Assembly: GCA_002269645.1 (NCBI GenBank)
Contig: NIVC01001395.1
Coordinates: 1-64,000 of the forward strand
Origin: Macrostomum lignano
Lineage: Eukaryota
DNA length: 64,000 nucleotides
Direction of reading: 5' to 3'
The translations under genes were made by a program, and so were the position numbers. Positions 52,246 through 64,000 of the stretch are shown piece by piece. The notes beneath the pieces were generated by a model that saw only the letters and a program-made list of their open reading frames with translations, searched no databases and was not told the origin of the DNA. The first letter of the stretch is position 1; each line of letters opens with the position of its first letter.

Positions 52246-52605
52246 CCCAATAGCTATTGATTGCCTCTTTAACTTTGTAGGCGTTTCAAATTGGTGCATA
52301 ATAATAAAACAAAACGATTAACCTGTTTTTTCAACGATCCTCAGTGCCAACTCCAATTGATCAAATGTATATTAAAGTATTGTAAATACTGAATGCAATT
52401 CCACTGATTATATTATAATTCGAGACAATCGCTTGCACTTTTAGTAAATGATGAATGCATGTGTATTCTTCATATGCGAACGTAATTTTCACGTTGTCAT
52501 GGCTATTCTTTTATAGTAATCAGTGCATCTCAATTTATTCAATTGGTACCTATGTCAATTTTTTACTTGCCAAGACAAACTGGTGGTGTGGGGGTTGCTG
52601 AAGAA

Positions 52606-52932
52606 GGGCGTAGCCTTGAGGTCTAGTGCGACGCTCTGATGTGCCAGCGGCCCAGGCTCGATTCCCAGTGCAGTCTCATTAATCAAGATAGCTTGTGCAA
52701 TTAACGCCCAGCTTGAGGGCCAACCCACAAGGCACAGTGAAGTGCACATGCCTAACGATAAATAAAGTTAGGACCGCTGTGCACTCCTGTGTGAGTGTGT
52801 GCCTGTGCGTATGACTGCGTACGTATCCGCGCGCTTGTGTGCCTGCTCAGGGGAGTCGGCGGAATGGGCAGCAGTAATGCCTCTCGCCGGTTGTGTGACA
52901 ATGTCGCTTAAAGTTCGCCAGGGCGCTCCCCC
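52606..52932 (+). mobile_element. tRNA-derived SINE family A copy (3'-truncated)
   Basis: Reverse complement of the body at 6656-7023; head gggcgtagcc...ggctcgattccc. Confidence 0.85.
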
Positions 52933-53353
52933 GTGTCTATCTAAACTATTGTAAAAAAAGCTGTGACCTGGTAAAATTTGACTTATAAGATTTCTGTATA
53001 ATCTATTTTTTATACCCTGTATTGTCTACTAATTTGTTAATATCAATAAACATTTTTTCATAGAGCTGTTTTTTCTAATTTGTTAAATAAAATCGATTAC
53101 TAATTTATGGTCTTATAGACAAGAGTCAAGACCGTGCAATTTATAAAATATTAATTTTATTTCAAAAGGCGTCAACAATTTAATTATCAGAGAGGTCACC
53201 TGCTAATCAAAGATAGTGTAAATTTTTAGGAGGTTGACAATCAATTGTTTATCCGACACCTGCTTAAGGCTAAGAGCACCTGCATCCAACAACTTTATTA
53301 TATTACAAATACACTCGATTCAAAAAGGTACAAAACAAAAATTCACTTGTAAG

Positions 53354-54521
53354 CAGAGGCGTCGCCATGGATTTTATGGTGAGGGGACAAAGTCAAAAAT
53401 TTACATGTACATGTGCATGACTAAATGCCTACATGTACATTATTGAGAATCGGTGTTTTCAGCGCTCGTTTTGGCGCCACAGGCACTCATTTTGGCGCCG
53501 CAGACACTCATTTTAGCGCCGCAGGCACTCATTTTGGCGCCGCATGCACTCATTTTAGCTCTACAGGCACTCATTTTGGCGCCGCGGGCACTCATTTTGG
53601 CGCCGCAGGCACTCATTTTAGCGCCGCAGGCACTCATTTTGGCGCCGCAGGCACTCATTTTAGCGCCGCAGGCACTCATTTTGGCGCCGCAGGCACTCAT
53701 TTTGGTGCCGCAGGAACTCATTTTGGCGCCGCAGGCACTCATTTTGGCGCCACAGGCACTCATTTTGGCGCCGCAGGCACTCATTTTGGCGCCGCAGGAA
53801 CTCATTTTGGCGCCGCAGGCACTCATTTTGGTGCCGCAGGAACTCATTTTAGCGCCGCAGGCACTCATTTTGGCGCCACAGGCACTCATTTTGGCGCCGC
53901 AGGCACTCATTTTGGCGCCACAGGCACTCATTTTGGCGCCGCAGGCACTCATTTTGGCGCCGCAGGAACTCATTTTGGCGCCGCAGGCACTCATTTTGGT
54001 GCCGCAGGAACTCATTTTAGCGCCGCAGGCACTCATTTTGGCGCCGCAGGCACTCATTTTGGTGCCACAGGCACTCATTTTAGCGCCGCAGTCACTCATT
54101 TTAGCGCCGCAGGAACTCATTTTGGCGCCGCAGGCACTCATTTTGGTGCCGCAGGAACTCATTTTAGCGCCGCAGGCACTCATTTTGGCGCCGCAGGAAC
54201 TCATTTTGGCGCCACAGGCACTCATTTTGGCGCCGCAGGCACTCATTTTGGCGCCACAGGCACTCATTTTGGCGCCGCAGGCACTCATTTTGGCGCCGCA
54301 GGAACTCATTTTGGCGCCGCAGGCACTCATTTTGGTGCCACAGGAACTCATTTTGGTGCCACAGGCACTCCTTTGGTGCCACAGGCACTCATTTTGGTGC
54401 CACAGGCGCAAAAATGTTTTGTTCCCCCAAAAGCAAAATTATTGGTTTCCAAAACGGTCACAATTAGGTGGGGGGGGACAAAGCATTGGTCCAACCGTTC
54501 CCCCTGGTGGCGAGACCTCTG
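53354..54521. mobile_element. Non-autonomous hAT element with 8-bp TSD and ~45 internal 21-bp repeats
   Basis: Ends cagaggcgtcgcca / tggcgagacctctg. TSD cttgtaag (53346-53353) / cttgtagg (54522-54529). Internal unit ggcactcattttggcgccgca spans ~53465-54410. Confidence 0.88.
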
Positions 54522-55081
54522 CTTGTAGGTTTATCTACAACTTTAAAGGAAATTAAAGGAATAGTAATCTTCACTGCCCCAGATCAAATGCAATCATTGA
54601 TTTTTTCCTATATCCGCAGTGTTTTTTATCCAGGAAATTGACCTCTGTAAAAAATACACACACGAACTTTTTACGCCCTGTTAAACAAGTGGTACTTGGT
54701 CAGAAACGCACGCTTCTTTAGTTTATCTAGCAGCACAATAGATTGCTGCTCAAGTGTATGCAAAGGGAGTTAAATTTATTTGTCAGTTTTTATTGAGTTT
54801 AAAAAGCCAAGGTTACTAAAAATGAGCACTTTACTACTTAGTTAGCATTGAGTAGTGTGTTAATAAACTTTTTTCCAAACTTCTATGCTAGTAGTCAATC
54901 CGACTGACGATGCGTTGACTAACTTGACTTGGTTTCGTTAGTGGAGAATTCTGTCAACGACTGTCTGACTCTGACTGCAGTTGGGCACGTCTGCAAAAAA
55001 GTAGTTTTGTACATTGTTATTCTGCTACGTAAGTTTTTGTAGCAACACGTGTTACTAGTTCACGTGTACTATAATTGAATT

Positions 55082-58000
55082 TCAATGCTTACTCTTCACT
55101 CGCTTCCATTTCATGCGCCGATTTTGGAACCAGACTTTTACCTGTAATGCGAAATGATATTGAAGCAGGTTGGATTATAAGGATAGAGGCTGATGGATTC
55201 ATGGAATAGATGCTGAAGGATCAGATGAGAGAGGCTGAAGGATCAGATGAGAGAGGCTGAAGGATCAGGGGATAAATGCTGAAGGGTCAGAGGATAAATG
55301 CTGAAGGATCAGGGGATAAATGCTGAAGCGTCAGAGAATAAATGCTGAATGATCAGATGAGAGAGGCTGAAGGATCAGGGGATAAATGCTGAAGGGTCAG
55401 AGGATAGATGCTGAAGGATCAGATAAGAGAGGCTGAAGGATCAGATAAGAGAGGCTGAAGGATCAGGGGATAAAGGGTCAGAGGATAAATGCTGAAGGAT
55501 CAGATGAGAGAGGCTGAAGGATCAGGGGATAAATGCTGAAGGGTCAGTGGATAGATGCTGAAGGATCAGATAAGAGAGGCTGAAGGATCAGATAAGAGAG
55601 GCTGAAGGATCAGGGGATAAAGGGTCAGAGGATAAATGCTGAAGGATCAGGGGATAAAGGGTCAGAGGATAAATGCTGAAGGATCAGGGGATAAAGGGTC
55701 AGAGGATAAATGCTGAATGATCAGGGGATATAGGGTCAGAGGATAAATGCTGAATGATCAGGGGATAGAGGCTGAAGGGTCAGAGAATAAATGCTGAATG
55801 ATCAGGGGATAGAGGCTGAATGATCAGAGGATAAATGCTGAATGATCAGGGGATAGAGGCTGAAGCGTCAGAGAATAAATGCTGAATGATCAGGGGATAG
55901 AGGCTGAAGGATCAGAGGAATCCTATATTGAAATTTTATTGAAATATGAAACAGCTTTTCAATATTGCGAAAAAAATGTGCATGACATTGCTAACCAGGT
56001 AAAATAGATCTGACTTTAGCTAGACTTACAGTCCAGTTGAAGTCCAGTTGAAATTCATTTAGCTACAATTGTGCAACTCCACAGAAATCCCCAATATGCA
56101 TTTTTCTTCTTTTTTTCGCTCGCTCCTTGGTTTAACACATTCTGTGTCTGTTGCTATATGGCCTGCGCCTCAGTTTAACTAGGCTAGTGCTAATTAATTG
56201 GCACAAGGTGCGCGGGTCTCTGCGGGCGGTCCCTGAAGGCAGCACCCCCCCGCCTTTGTCTTCTTTAGTGCTAATAGCTTTGTGGGTTCGGTTGGTTGGT
56301 TCGGTGTGCCAGAACTGCAACTGCATGATCAGAGAGTCAAGGGGTATCAGAGCTGCTAGTCTGGAGTGGGGAATTTTGGGGATTAGTTTATTCACAATCC
56401 CCAAGCTTCACAATATCCGAGCTTCACAGTCACCAAGCTTCACAACCCCACAAGCTTCACAATCCCCAAGCTTCACAATCCCCAAGCTTCACAATCCCCA
56501 AGCTTCACAACCCCACAAGCTTCACAATCCCCAAGCTTCACAATCCCCAAGCTTCACAGTCACCAAGCTTCACAATCCCCAAGCTTCACAATCCCCAAGC
56601 TTCACAATTCCCAAGCTTCACAATCCCCAAGCTTCACAATACCCAAGCTTCACAATCCCCAAGCTTCACAATCCCCAAGCTTAACAATTCCCCAAGTTTC
56701 ACAATCCCAAGCTTAACAATTCCCCAAGCTTCACAATCCCAAGCTTAACAATTCCCCAAGCTTCACAATCCCAAGCTTAACAATTCCCCAAGCTTCACAA
56801 TCCCCAAGCTTCACAATCCCAAGCTTAACAATTCCCCAAGCTTCACAATCCCCAAGCTTCACAGTGACCAAGCTTCACAATCCCAAGCTTCACAATCCCC
56901 AAGCTTCACAATCACCAAGCTTCACAGTCACCAAGCTTCACAGTCACCAAGCTTCACAATCCCCAAGCTTCACAATCCCCAAGCTTCACAATCCCCAAGC
57001 TTCACAATCCCCAAGCTTCACAATCCCCAAGCTTCACAGTGACCAAGCTTCACAATCCCCAAGCTTCACAATCCCCAAGCTTCACAGTCACCAAGCTTCA
57101 CAGTCACCAAGCTTCACAGTCACCAAGCTTCACAATCCCCAAGCTTCACAGTGACCAAGCTTCACAATCCCCAAGCTTCACAATTCCCAAGCTTCACAAT
57201 CCATAAGTTTCACAATTAACAAACGTGCAAATTGAATTGTGAAAGCCTGGGGATGGCTCACTGATTCGCAATCCAGATTCTAATATTTAGAACCCCTCGT
57301 CAGCGACCCACCCACCCCAGCGCAGTTTCTGCGGTCCAGCAGTAGCGGCTACATCTAATTAGCGAATTCGTGAAATTGTTTCAAACTGAAACACTCGAAC
57401 TGACTGAGGAAACACTAAATTTGGGGTCGCATCGCGGAGATATGAAGCCCCATCGCTGCTTGGCTTGTTGCAAATATATCAAGTGGATTCCTTATTCGAT
57501 ATATAGCTAGCCGTTACCAGGGCTTTTAACTGCATATAATATGAAATCCAACCAATTTTTGACCAGATTAAAATCTTAAAATCCAAGCTTAATTTAAAAT
57601 CTTTTTCTGTTTTTAATTAACCTCTGCAATCAGGTAAATTGTTAAATTACATGTATTACGATATTACTGTTACAGAGAATATTTGTATTCATTTATTAGA
57701 AGTATGATATACAACGAATTAGTGTAATAACTGGATTACAAGAACAAGATTAATGCTACACTTATTTGATTATTATTACACAAAATTGGTTCGTATTACA
57801 CTACTGACTAGTATGTTACACTAATTGGATTATATTACACTAACTGGGCTGGTATTACACTAACTGGGCTAATATTACACTAACTGGGTTTGTATTACAC
57901 TAACTGGGCTAATATTACACTAACTGGGCTAGTATTACACTAACTGGGCTAATATTACACTAACTGGGCTAGTATTACACTAACTGGGCTGGTATTACAC

Positions 58001-61000
58001 TAACTGGGCTGGTATTACACTAACTGGGCTAATATTACACTAACTGGGTTTGTATTACACTAACTGGGCTAATATTACACTAACTGGGCTAATATTACAC
58101 TAACTGGGCTAGTATTACACTAACTGGGCTAATATTACACTAACTGGGCTGGTATTACACTAACTGGGCTAGTATTACACTAACTGGGTTTGTATTACAC
58201 TAACTGGGCTAATATTACACTAACTGGGTTTGTATTACACTAACTGGGCTAATATTACACTAACTGGGCTAATATTACACTAACTGGGCTAATATTACAC
58301 TAACTGGGCTAGTATTACACTAACTGGGTTTGTATTACAATATCGGGGTTAGTAAAACACTAATTGGATTAATATTTACCCTAATTGTACTAAAAACTTC
58401 ATTTTTACGGATTACTAAAAGTTACAGAAAATTCAAATCCCAAGTCTTAAATCTTTTAGTCAAGTGAAATTTGAGTGAAAAAATCAGAGCTTAAAAAATT
58501 CATTTGCTACTAAGAAATTGTTGCGAAAAAAGTCGTGACAGGTATGGCCGCCCCCCCAACTCTCTAATAGTCACTTTTCAAAACCTTTGTCTCGGCAGAA
58601 ACACAGTTTTGCCAGCTTGGGGATTGCCAGAAAATGATGGATTGATCTGGTAAACTGCCAGCCTTGTGTTCCTTCGCACCATCGAGCCTAAAACTAGTTG
58701 CCATGGAAACCTCGAAGTTTAGGCTGGGATTCTTGCGTTAAATGTTATGTAGCTAACGTGATAGATCTTCTTTTTCCGAGCGGCCGAGGCGTGAAATTGC
58801 TTGAAAATGTTCAATTCTAAAAGAATTCCATTTTTGACCCAACTGTTCGCCTACAGATACAAGATCTGGTCACAAGAAGCCATAGAAATTTTTATTGACT
58901 GTGCCATCTTTTAAGATATTTTTCATCAGCGAGGAGAGGCGCGAGTTCTCTTGCTTTGAAGTGCCTTCATTTATTTCTTCACCCTGTTGGTATGCGAAAA
59001 GATTTACCTTCTGGAATCGAGTGGTTCTGCCTAGCAATGCGTAGGAAAAATGCAGTCATGAAATTTTCCGTCCCTGGCTTCTGTTGCAAACTTGAAATAC
59101 ACGAATTTCATGTGAAGTTTTGCCATATTTTCATTTGGCTGGTGTAGTCACTATTGTTTCTTTTCGATTGGGAAATATTAGGTTAATGGCCAATGCAGAA
59201 AGGCTGAAGGATCAGAGGATAGAGGCTGAAGGATCAGAGGATAGAGGCTGAAGGATCAGATGATAGAGGCTGAAGGATCAGGGGTTAGAGGCTGAAGGGT
59301 CAGGGGACAGAGGCTGAAGGTTCAGGAGATAGAGGCTGAAGGGTCAGGGGTTAGAGGCTGAAGGGTCAGGGGACAGAGGCTGAAGGTTCAGGAGATAGAG
59401 GCTGAAGGGTCAGGGGTTAGAGGCTGAAGGGTCAGGGGTTAGAGGCTGAAAGGTCAGGGGTTAGAGGCTGAAGGGTCAGGGGATAGAGGCTGAAGGGTCA
59501 GGGGATAGAGGCTGAAGGGTCAGGGGATAGAGGCTGAAGGGTCAGGGGATAGAGGCTGAAGGGTCAGGGGATAGAGGCTGAAGGGTCAGGGGATAGAGGC
59601 TGAAGGGTCAGGGGATAGAGGCTGAAGGGTCAGGGGATAGAGGCGGAAGGTTCAGGAGATAGAGGCTGAAGGTTCAGGAGATAGAGGCTGAAGGGTCAGG
59701 GGACAGAGGCTGAAGGGTCAGGTGTTAGATGCTGAAGGGTCAGGGGATAGAGGCTGAAGGATCAGGGGATAGAGGCTGAAGGATCAGGGGATAGAGGCTG
59801 AAGGGTCAGGGGATAGAGGCTGAAGGGTCAGGGGATAGAGGCTGAAGGATCATAGGATAAATGCTGAAGGATCAGAGGATAAATACCGAAGGATCAGAGG
59901 ATAAATGCTGAAGGATCAGAGGATAAATGCTGAAGGATCAGAGGATAAATGCTAAAGGATCACAGGATAAATGCTGAAGGATCAGAGGATAGAGGCTGAA
60001 GGATCAGAGGATAGAGGCTGAAGGATCAGAGGATAGAGGCTGAAGGATCAGAGGATAGAGGCTGAAGGGTCAGGGGATAGAGGCTGAAGGATCAGGGGAT
60101 AGAGGCTGAAGGGTCAGGGGATAGAGGCTGAAGGATCAGAGGATAGAGGCTGAAGGATCAGAGCCAGAGGATAGAGGCTGAAGGATCAGATGATAGAGGC
60201 TGAAGGATCAGAGGAAAGAGGCTGAAGGATCAGAGGATAGAGGCTGAAGGATCAGAGGATAGAGGCTGAAGGATCAGAGGATAGAGGCTGAAGGATCATA
60301 GGATAGAGGCTGAAGGATCAGAGGATAGAGGCTGAAGGATCAGAGGATAGAGGCTGAAGGATCAGAGGATAGAGGCTGAAGGATCAGAGCCAGAGGATAG
60401 AGGCTGAAGGATCAGATGATAGAGGCTGAAGGATCAGAGGATAGAGGCTGAAGGATCAGAGGATAAATACCGAAGGATCAGGGGATAGAGGCTGAAGGAT
60501 CAGAGGATAGAGGCTGAAGGATCAGAGCCAGAGGATAGAGGCTGAAGGATCAGAGGATAGAGGCTGAAGGATCAGAGGATAGAGGCTGAAGGATCAGAGG
60601 ATAGAGGCTGAAGGATCAGAGGATAAATACCGAAGGATCAGGGGATAGAGGCTGAAGGATCAGAGGAAAGAGGCTGAAGGATCAGAGGATAAATGCTGAA
60701 GGATCAGAGGATAAATGCTGAAGGATCAGAGGATAAATGCTAAAGGATCACAGGATAAATGCTGAAGGATCAGAGGATAGAGGCTGAAGGATCAGAGGAT
60801 AGAGGCTGAAGGATCAGAGCCAGAGGATAGAGGCTGAAGGATCAGATGATAGAGGCTGAAGGATCAGAGGATAGAGGCTGAAGGATCAGAGGATAGAGGC
60901 TGAAGGATCAGAGGATAGAGGCTGAAGGATCAGAGGATAGAGGCTGAAGGATCAGGGGATAGAGGCTGAAGGATCAGAGGATAGAGGCTGAAGAGTCATG

Positions 61001-63021
61001 GGAAAGAAGCTGAAGGGTCATAGCAAAGAGGCTGAAGGATCAGAGGATAAATGCTGAAGGATCAGAGGATAGAGGCTGAAGGATCAGAGGATAGAGGCTG
61101 AAGGATCAGAGGATAGAGGCTGAAGGATCAGGGGATAGAGGCTGAAGGATCAGAGGATAGAGGCTGAAGAGTCATGGGAAAGAAGCTGAAGGGTCATAGC
61201 AAAGAGGCTGAAGCTCATAAGATACATTCTGAATCTCACCTGTCTCTCAGTGAGATTGAGAGTCACGGCAATCTCGTAGCGCCTCAGCCGAGTGAGGTAA
61301 TTATTTTCACGGAAGTGTTTCTCTAGCTGGTCCAACTGACTCCGACTGAATGCTGTGCGGTCCTTGCGGCGCTTGGCGGAGGCTCGAGTCGCCTCCGGAG
61401 ACGGGGTCCGTGCTGTCAAGGCCGTGCCATTGAAATTCTTCAGCGAGTCTTCCACCAGGGCGACTGGTTCGTCTATGTCTGGAAAAAGTGATAAAGCAAT
61501 CGATGTGTCTGGGACTTTTGGGGATATAGGAATGTGCATCATTCAGTCAAGAAAGTTTAGATGTCGGGAAATCAGAGAGAGAGAAGGGAGGGTAGCTATA
61601 GATGCAGGGAGAAAAAGGAGGGTAGCTAGACTCAGAGAGAGAAGGGAGGGTAGCTAGACGCAGGGAGAGAAGGGAGGGTAGCTAGACTCAGAGAGAGAAG
61701 GGAGGGTAGCTAGACGCAGGGAGAGAAGGGAGGGTAGCTAGACTCAGGGAGAGAAGGGAGGGTAGCTAGATGCAGGGAGAGAAGGGAGGGTAGCTAGATG
61801 CAGGGAGAGAAGGGAGGGTAGCTAGATGCAGGGAGAGAAGGGAAGGTAGCTAGACGCAGGGAGAGAAGGGAGGGTAGCTAGACTCAGGGAGAGAAGGGAG
61901 GGTAGCTAGGCGCAGGGAGAGAAGGGAGGATAGCTAGGCGCAGGGAGAGAAGGGAGGATAGCTAGGCGCAGGGAGAGAAGGGAGGGTAGCTAGGCGCAGG
62001 GAGAGAAGGGAGGGTAGCTAGGCGCAGGGAGAGAAGGGAGGATAGCTAGGCGCAGGGAGAGAAGGGAGGATAGCTAGGCGCAGGGAGAGAAGGGAGGGTA
62101 GCTAGGCGCAGGGAGAGAAGGGAGGGTAGCTAGGCGCAGGGAGAGAAGGGAGGATAGCTAGGCGCAGGGAGAGAAGGGAGGATAGCTAGGCGCAGGGAGA
62201 GAAGGGAGGGTAGCTAGGCGCAGGGAGAGAAGGGAGGATAGCTAGGCGCAGGGAGAGAAGGGAGGGTAGCTAGACTCAGGGAGAGAAGGTAGAGTAGCTA
62301 AATGCAGGGAGAGAAGGGAGGGTAGCTAGACTCAGGGAGAGAAGGGAGGGTAGCTAAATGCAGGGAGAGAAGGGAGGGTAGCTAGACGCAGGGAGAGAAG
62401 GGAGGGTAGCTAGATGCAGTGAGAGAAGGGAGGGTAGCTAGATGCAGGGAGAGAAGGGAGGGTAGCTAGACGCAGGGAGAGAAGGGAGGGTAGCTAGGCG
62501 CAGGGAGAGAAGGGAGGATAGCTAGGCGCAGGGAGAGAAGGGAGGGTAGCTAGGCGCAGGGAGAGAAGGGAGGGTAGCTAGAATCAGGGAGAGAAGGGAG
62601 AATAGATGCAGGGAGAGAAGGGAGAATAGATGCAGGGAGAGAAGGGTGGGTAGCTAGACGCAGGGAGAGAAGGGTGGGTAGCTAGACGCAGGAAGAGAAG
62701 GGAGGATAGACGCAGGGAGAGAGAGTAGGAGAGGGAGAGGAGACAATCATAGCGACGATAAAATGGAGGCAGTAATAAAAAAAGAGAAGTCTGACCAGCC
62801 CTCGGTCTCCAACAATGCTGCTGCTGTTGCTGCTGCTGTTGCTGCTGCTGTTGCTGCCAACAGACAGAAGGCTCCGATCTGCCTTGAATACTGGCAGACA
62901 GGCAAGCTTCGGCGTAGTTTAAAAAACCTGTTCCCAACTGCATCTGCGGATGCTGCGGCTGATGCTGCTGCTGTATTGGAGAGTTGAGAAGCCACGATGC
63001 CTGGTAGATTTGCTGCTCCAT
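55082..63021 (-). CDS. MEOX: Meox/Mox homeobox transcription factor, 174 aa
   Basis: Exons 63021-62796, 61478-61240 and 55141-55082 total 525 nt. Homeodomain [43 protein letters not shown]|[16 protein letters not shown] carries the Meox-diagnostic [13 protein letters not shown] and KWKRVK. N-terminal polyQ. Confidence 0.93.
55180..55920. repeat. ~22-bp minisatellite (aggctgaaggatcagaggatag family)
   Basis: Direct observation, next to the Meox intron-2 acceptor. Confidence 0.95.
56392..57210. repeat. ~17-bp minisatellite (ccccaagcttcacaatc)
   Basis: Same unit as 9263-9580. Confidence 0.97.
57765..58380. repeat. 20-bp minisatellite (tattacactaactgggctaa)
   Basis: Direct observation. Confidence 0.97.
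59200..61215. repeat. 22-bp minisatellite (aggctgaaggatcagaggatag), ~2 kb
   Basis: Direct observation, next to the Meox intron-2 donor. Confidence 0.98.
61570..62720. repeat. 28-bp purine-rich minisatellite (gcagggagagaagggagggtagctagac) filling Meox intron 1
   Basis: Direct observation. Confidence 0.97.
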
Positions 63022-63834
63022 GAGTTTGCCGTTCTTTGACTAGAATTTGACAAAGCTGCTTCTGGCGTGCAGCCTTTTGTTTGCAGCAACCTTTTTGTTT
63101 TAAATAGAACTGTGCAGTCCGGGTTATATAATTGGCTCTCTCTAATTGGATGCGCCACACTGCGGATGGGGATGGAGTGGAGGGAGAGGCTGGAACTCCC
63201 CAGGAGGTTAAGGAGTACTGGAGATGTGGAAGCCACTAAAAATGCAGGTGGCCCAGCCAAAGCTTCTTTTTTCGGTTTCAAGGCTACTTTTAGGGGTTTT
63301 GAGGCTACTCTTTGGGGTTCCAAAGCTACTATTTGGGGGTTCCAAAGCTACTGCTGTTGTTAAAGCAGACAGTAGTGCGCAGTTGACTTCTAACGTTAAA
63401 GTAAAATTTAAAAAATCAATACTGGCTTATGCCGAGAAGGTTAAACTCAGACTAACCCCTTCCCTCTCAATTGTTCACTTCTTGCTAAGCAAAGCAAGTT
63501 TTCGCATAAACAATTGACTTCGAGAAGATCTTGACAGGACTCAGACAGTGTGACCCCGTCTTTTTTTCATTTCTTGCTTTTGAACTGGCTTTTGTCTATA
63601 TTTAAAGCAGTCAATTGCAGGCTTACAGAGAAATTTTAGATATTGGGAGAAAAACTAGCTGATAATTTTATTAACTTAATGCAATATGAAGATCTCAAGC
63701 ACGATAAGTGTTGTTATATTAGTGCTTTTGTTCTCCTGCCAGCTATCTGCTGGAAAGACGCATAGTCTGCAGAACAAATTGTTGGGTGAGCCATCATTTA
63801 TGCCCTGTGATTACATTAGTAAAACAGAGTGCAA

Positions 63835-64000
63835 GCAATTAACAGACCACAAGCAAACAGACCACAAGCAATCAAACCACAAGCAATCAAACCACAAGCA
63901 AACAGACCACAAGCAATCAAACCACAAGCAATCAAACCACATGCAAACAGACCACAAGCAAACAGACCACAAGCAAACAGACCACAAGCTAACAGACCAC
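63835..64000. repeat. 15-bp minisatellite (caaacagaccacaag), runs off the window end
   Basis: Direct observation. Confidence 0.95.

Noticed and set aside
53425-54556. GAAGTHF, ifreeze- or mucin-like repeat ORFs
   Set aside because: Open in several frames on both strands and lying inside a TIR/TSD-bounded element.

Overview
Eukaryotic (metazoan) genomic DNA with GT-AG introns; no prokaryotic features. GC/CAG-rich exons separated by minisatellite-filled introns suggest a free-living flatworm such as Macrostomum (inference only). Five spliced genes can be assembled by hand with matching splice phases: a divergent Bcl-2-family (Bcl-G/BCL2L14-like) gene (+, ~1.2-4.3 kb), an aryl hydrocarbon receptor/spineless bHLH-PAS gene (+, 8061-21849 or 22776), a ZDHHC5/8-like palmitoyltransferase (+, 40005-42399, first exon not found), a nischarin-like PX-LRR gene (+, 45210-51795) and a Meox/Mox homeobox gene (-, 63021-55082). 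An AT-rich transposon island lies between AhR and ZDHHC (23.5-39.9 kb). It holds a LINE RNase H 3' fragment, a full-length 5887-bp hAT-related DNA transposon (17-bp TIRs, perfect 7-bp TSD, six-exon transposase ending in a spindlin/Tudor-like module), an LTR/PBS remnant and a full-length DD34D mariner. Also present are tRNA-derived SINEs and hAT-type non-autonomous elements that carry internal minisatellites. Most introns are filled by their own minisatellite, and many units mimic splice sites. Most long ORFs in the supplied track are artefacts of these arrays.
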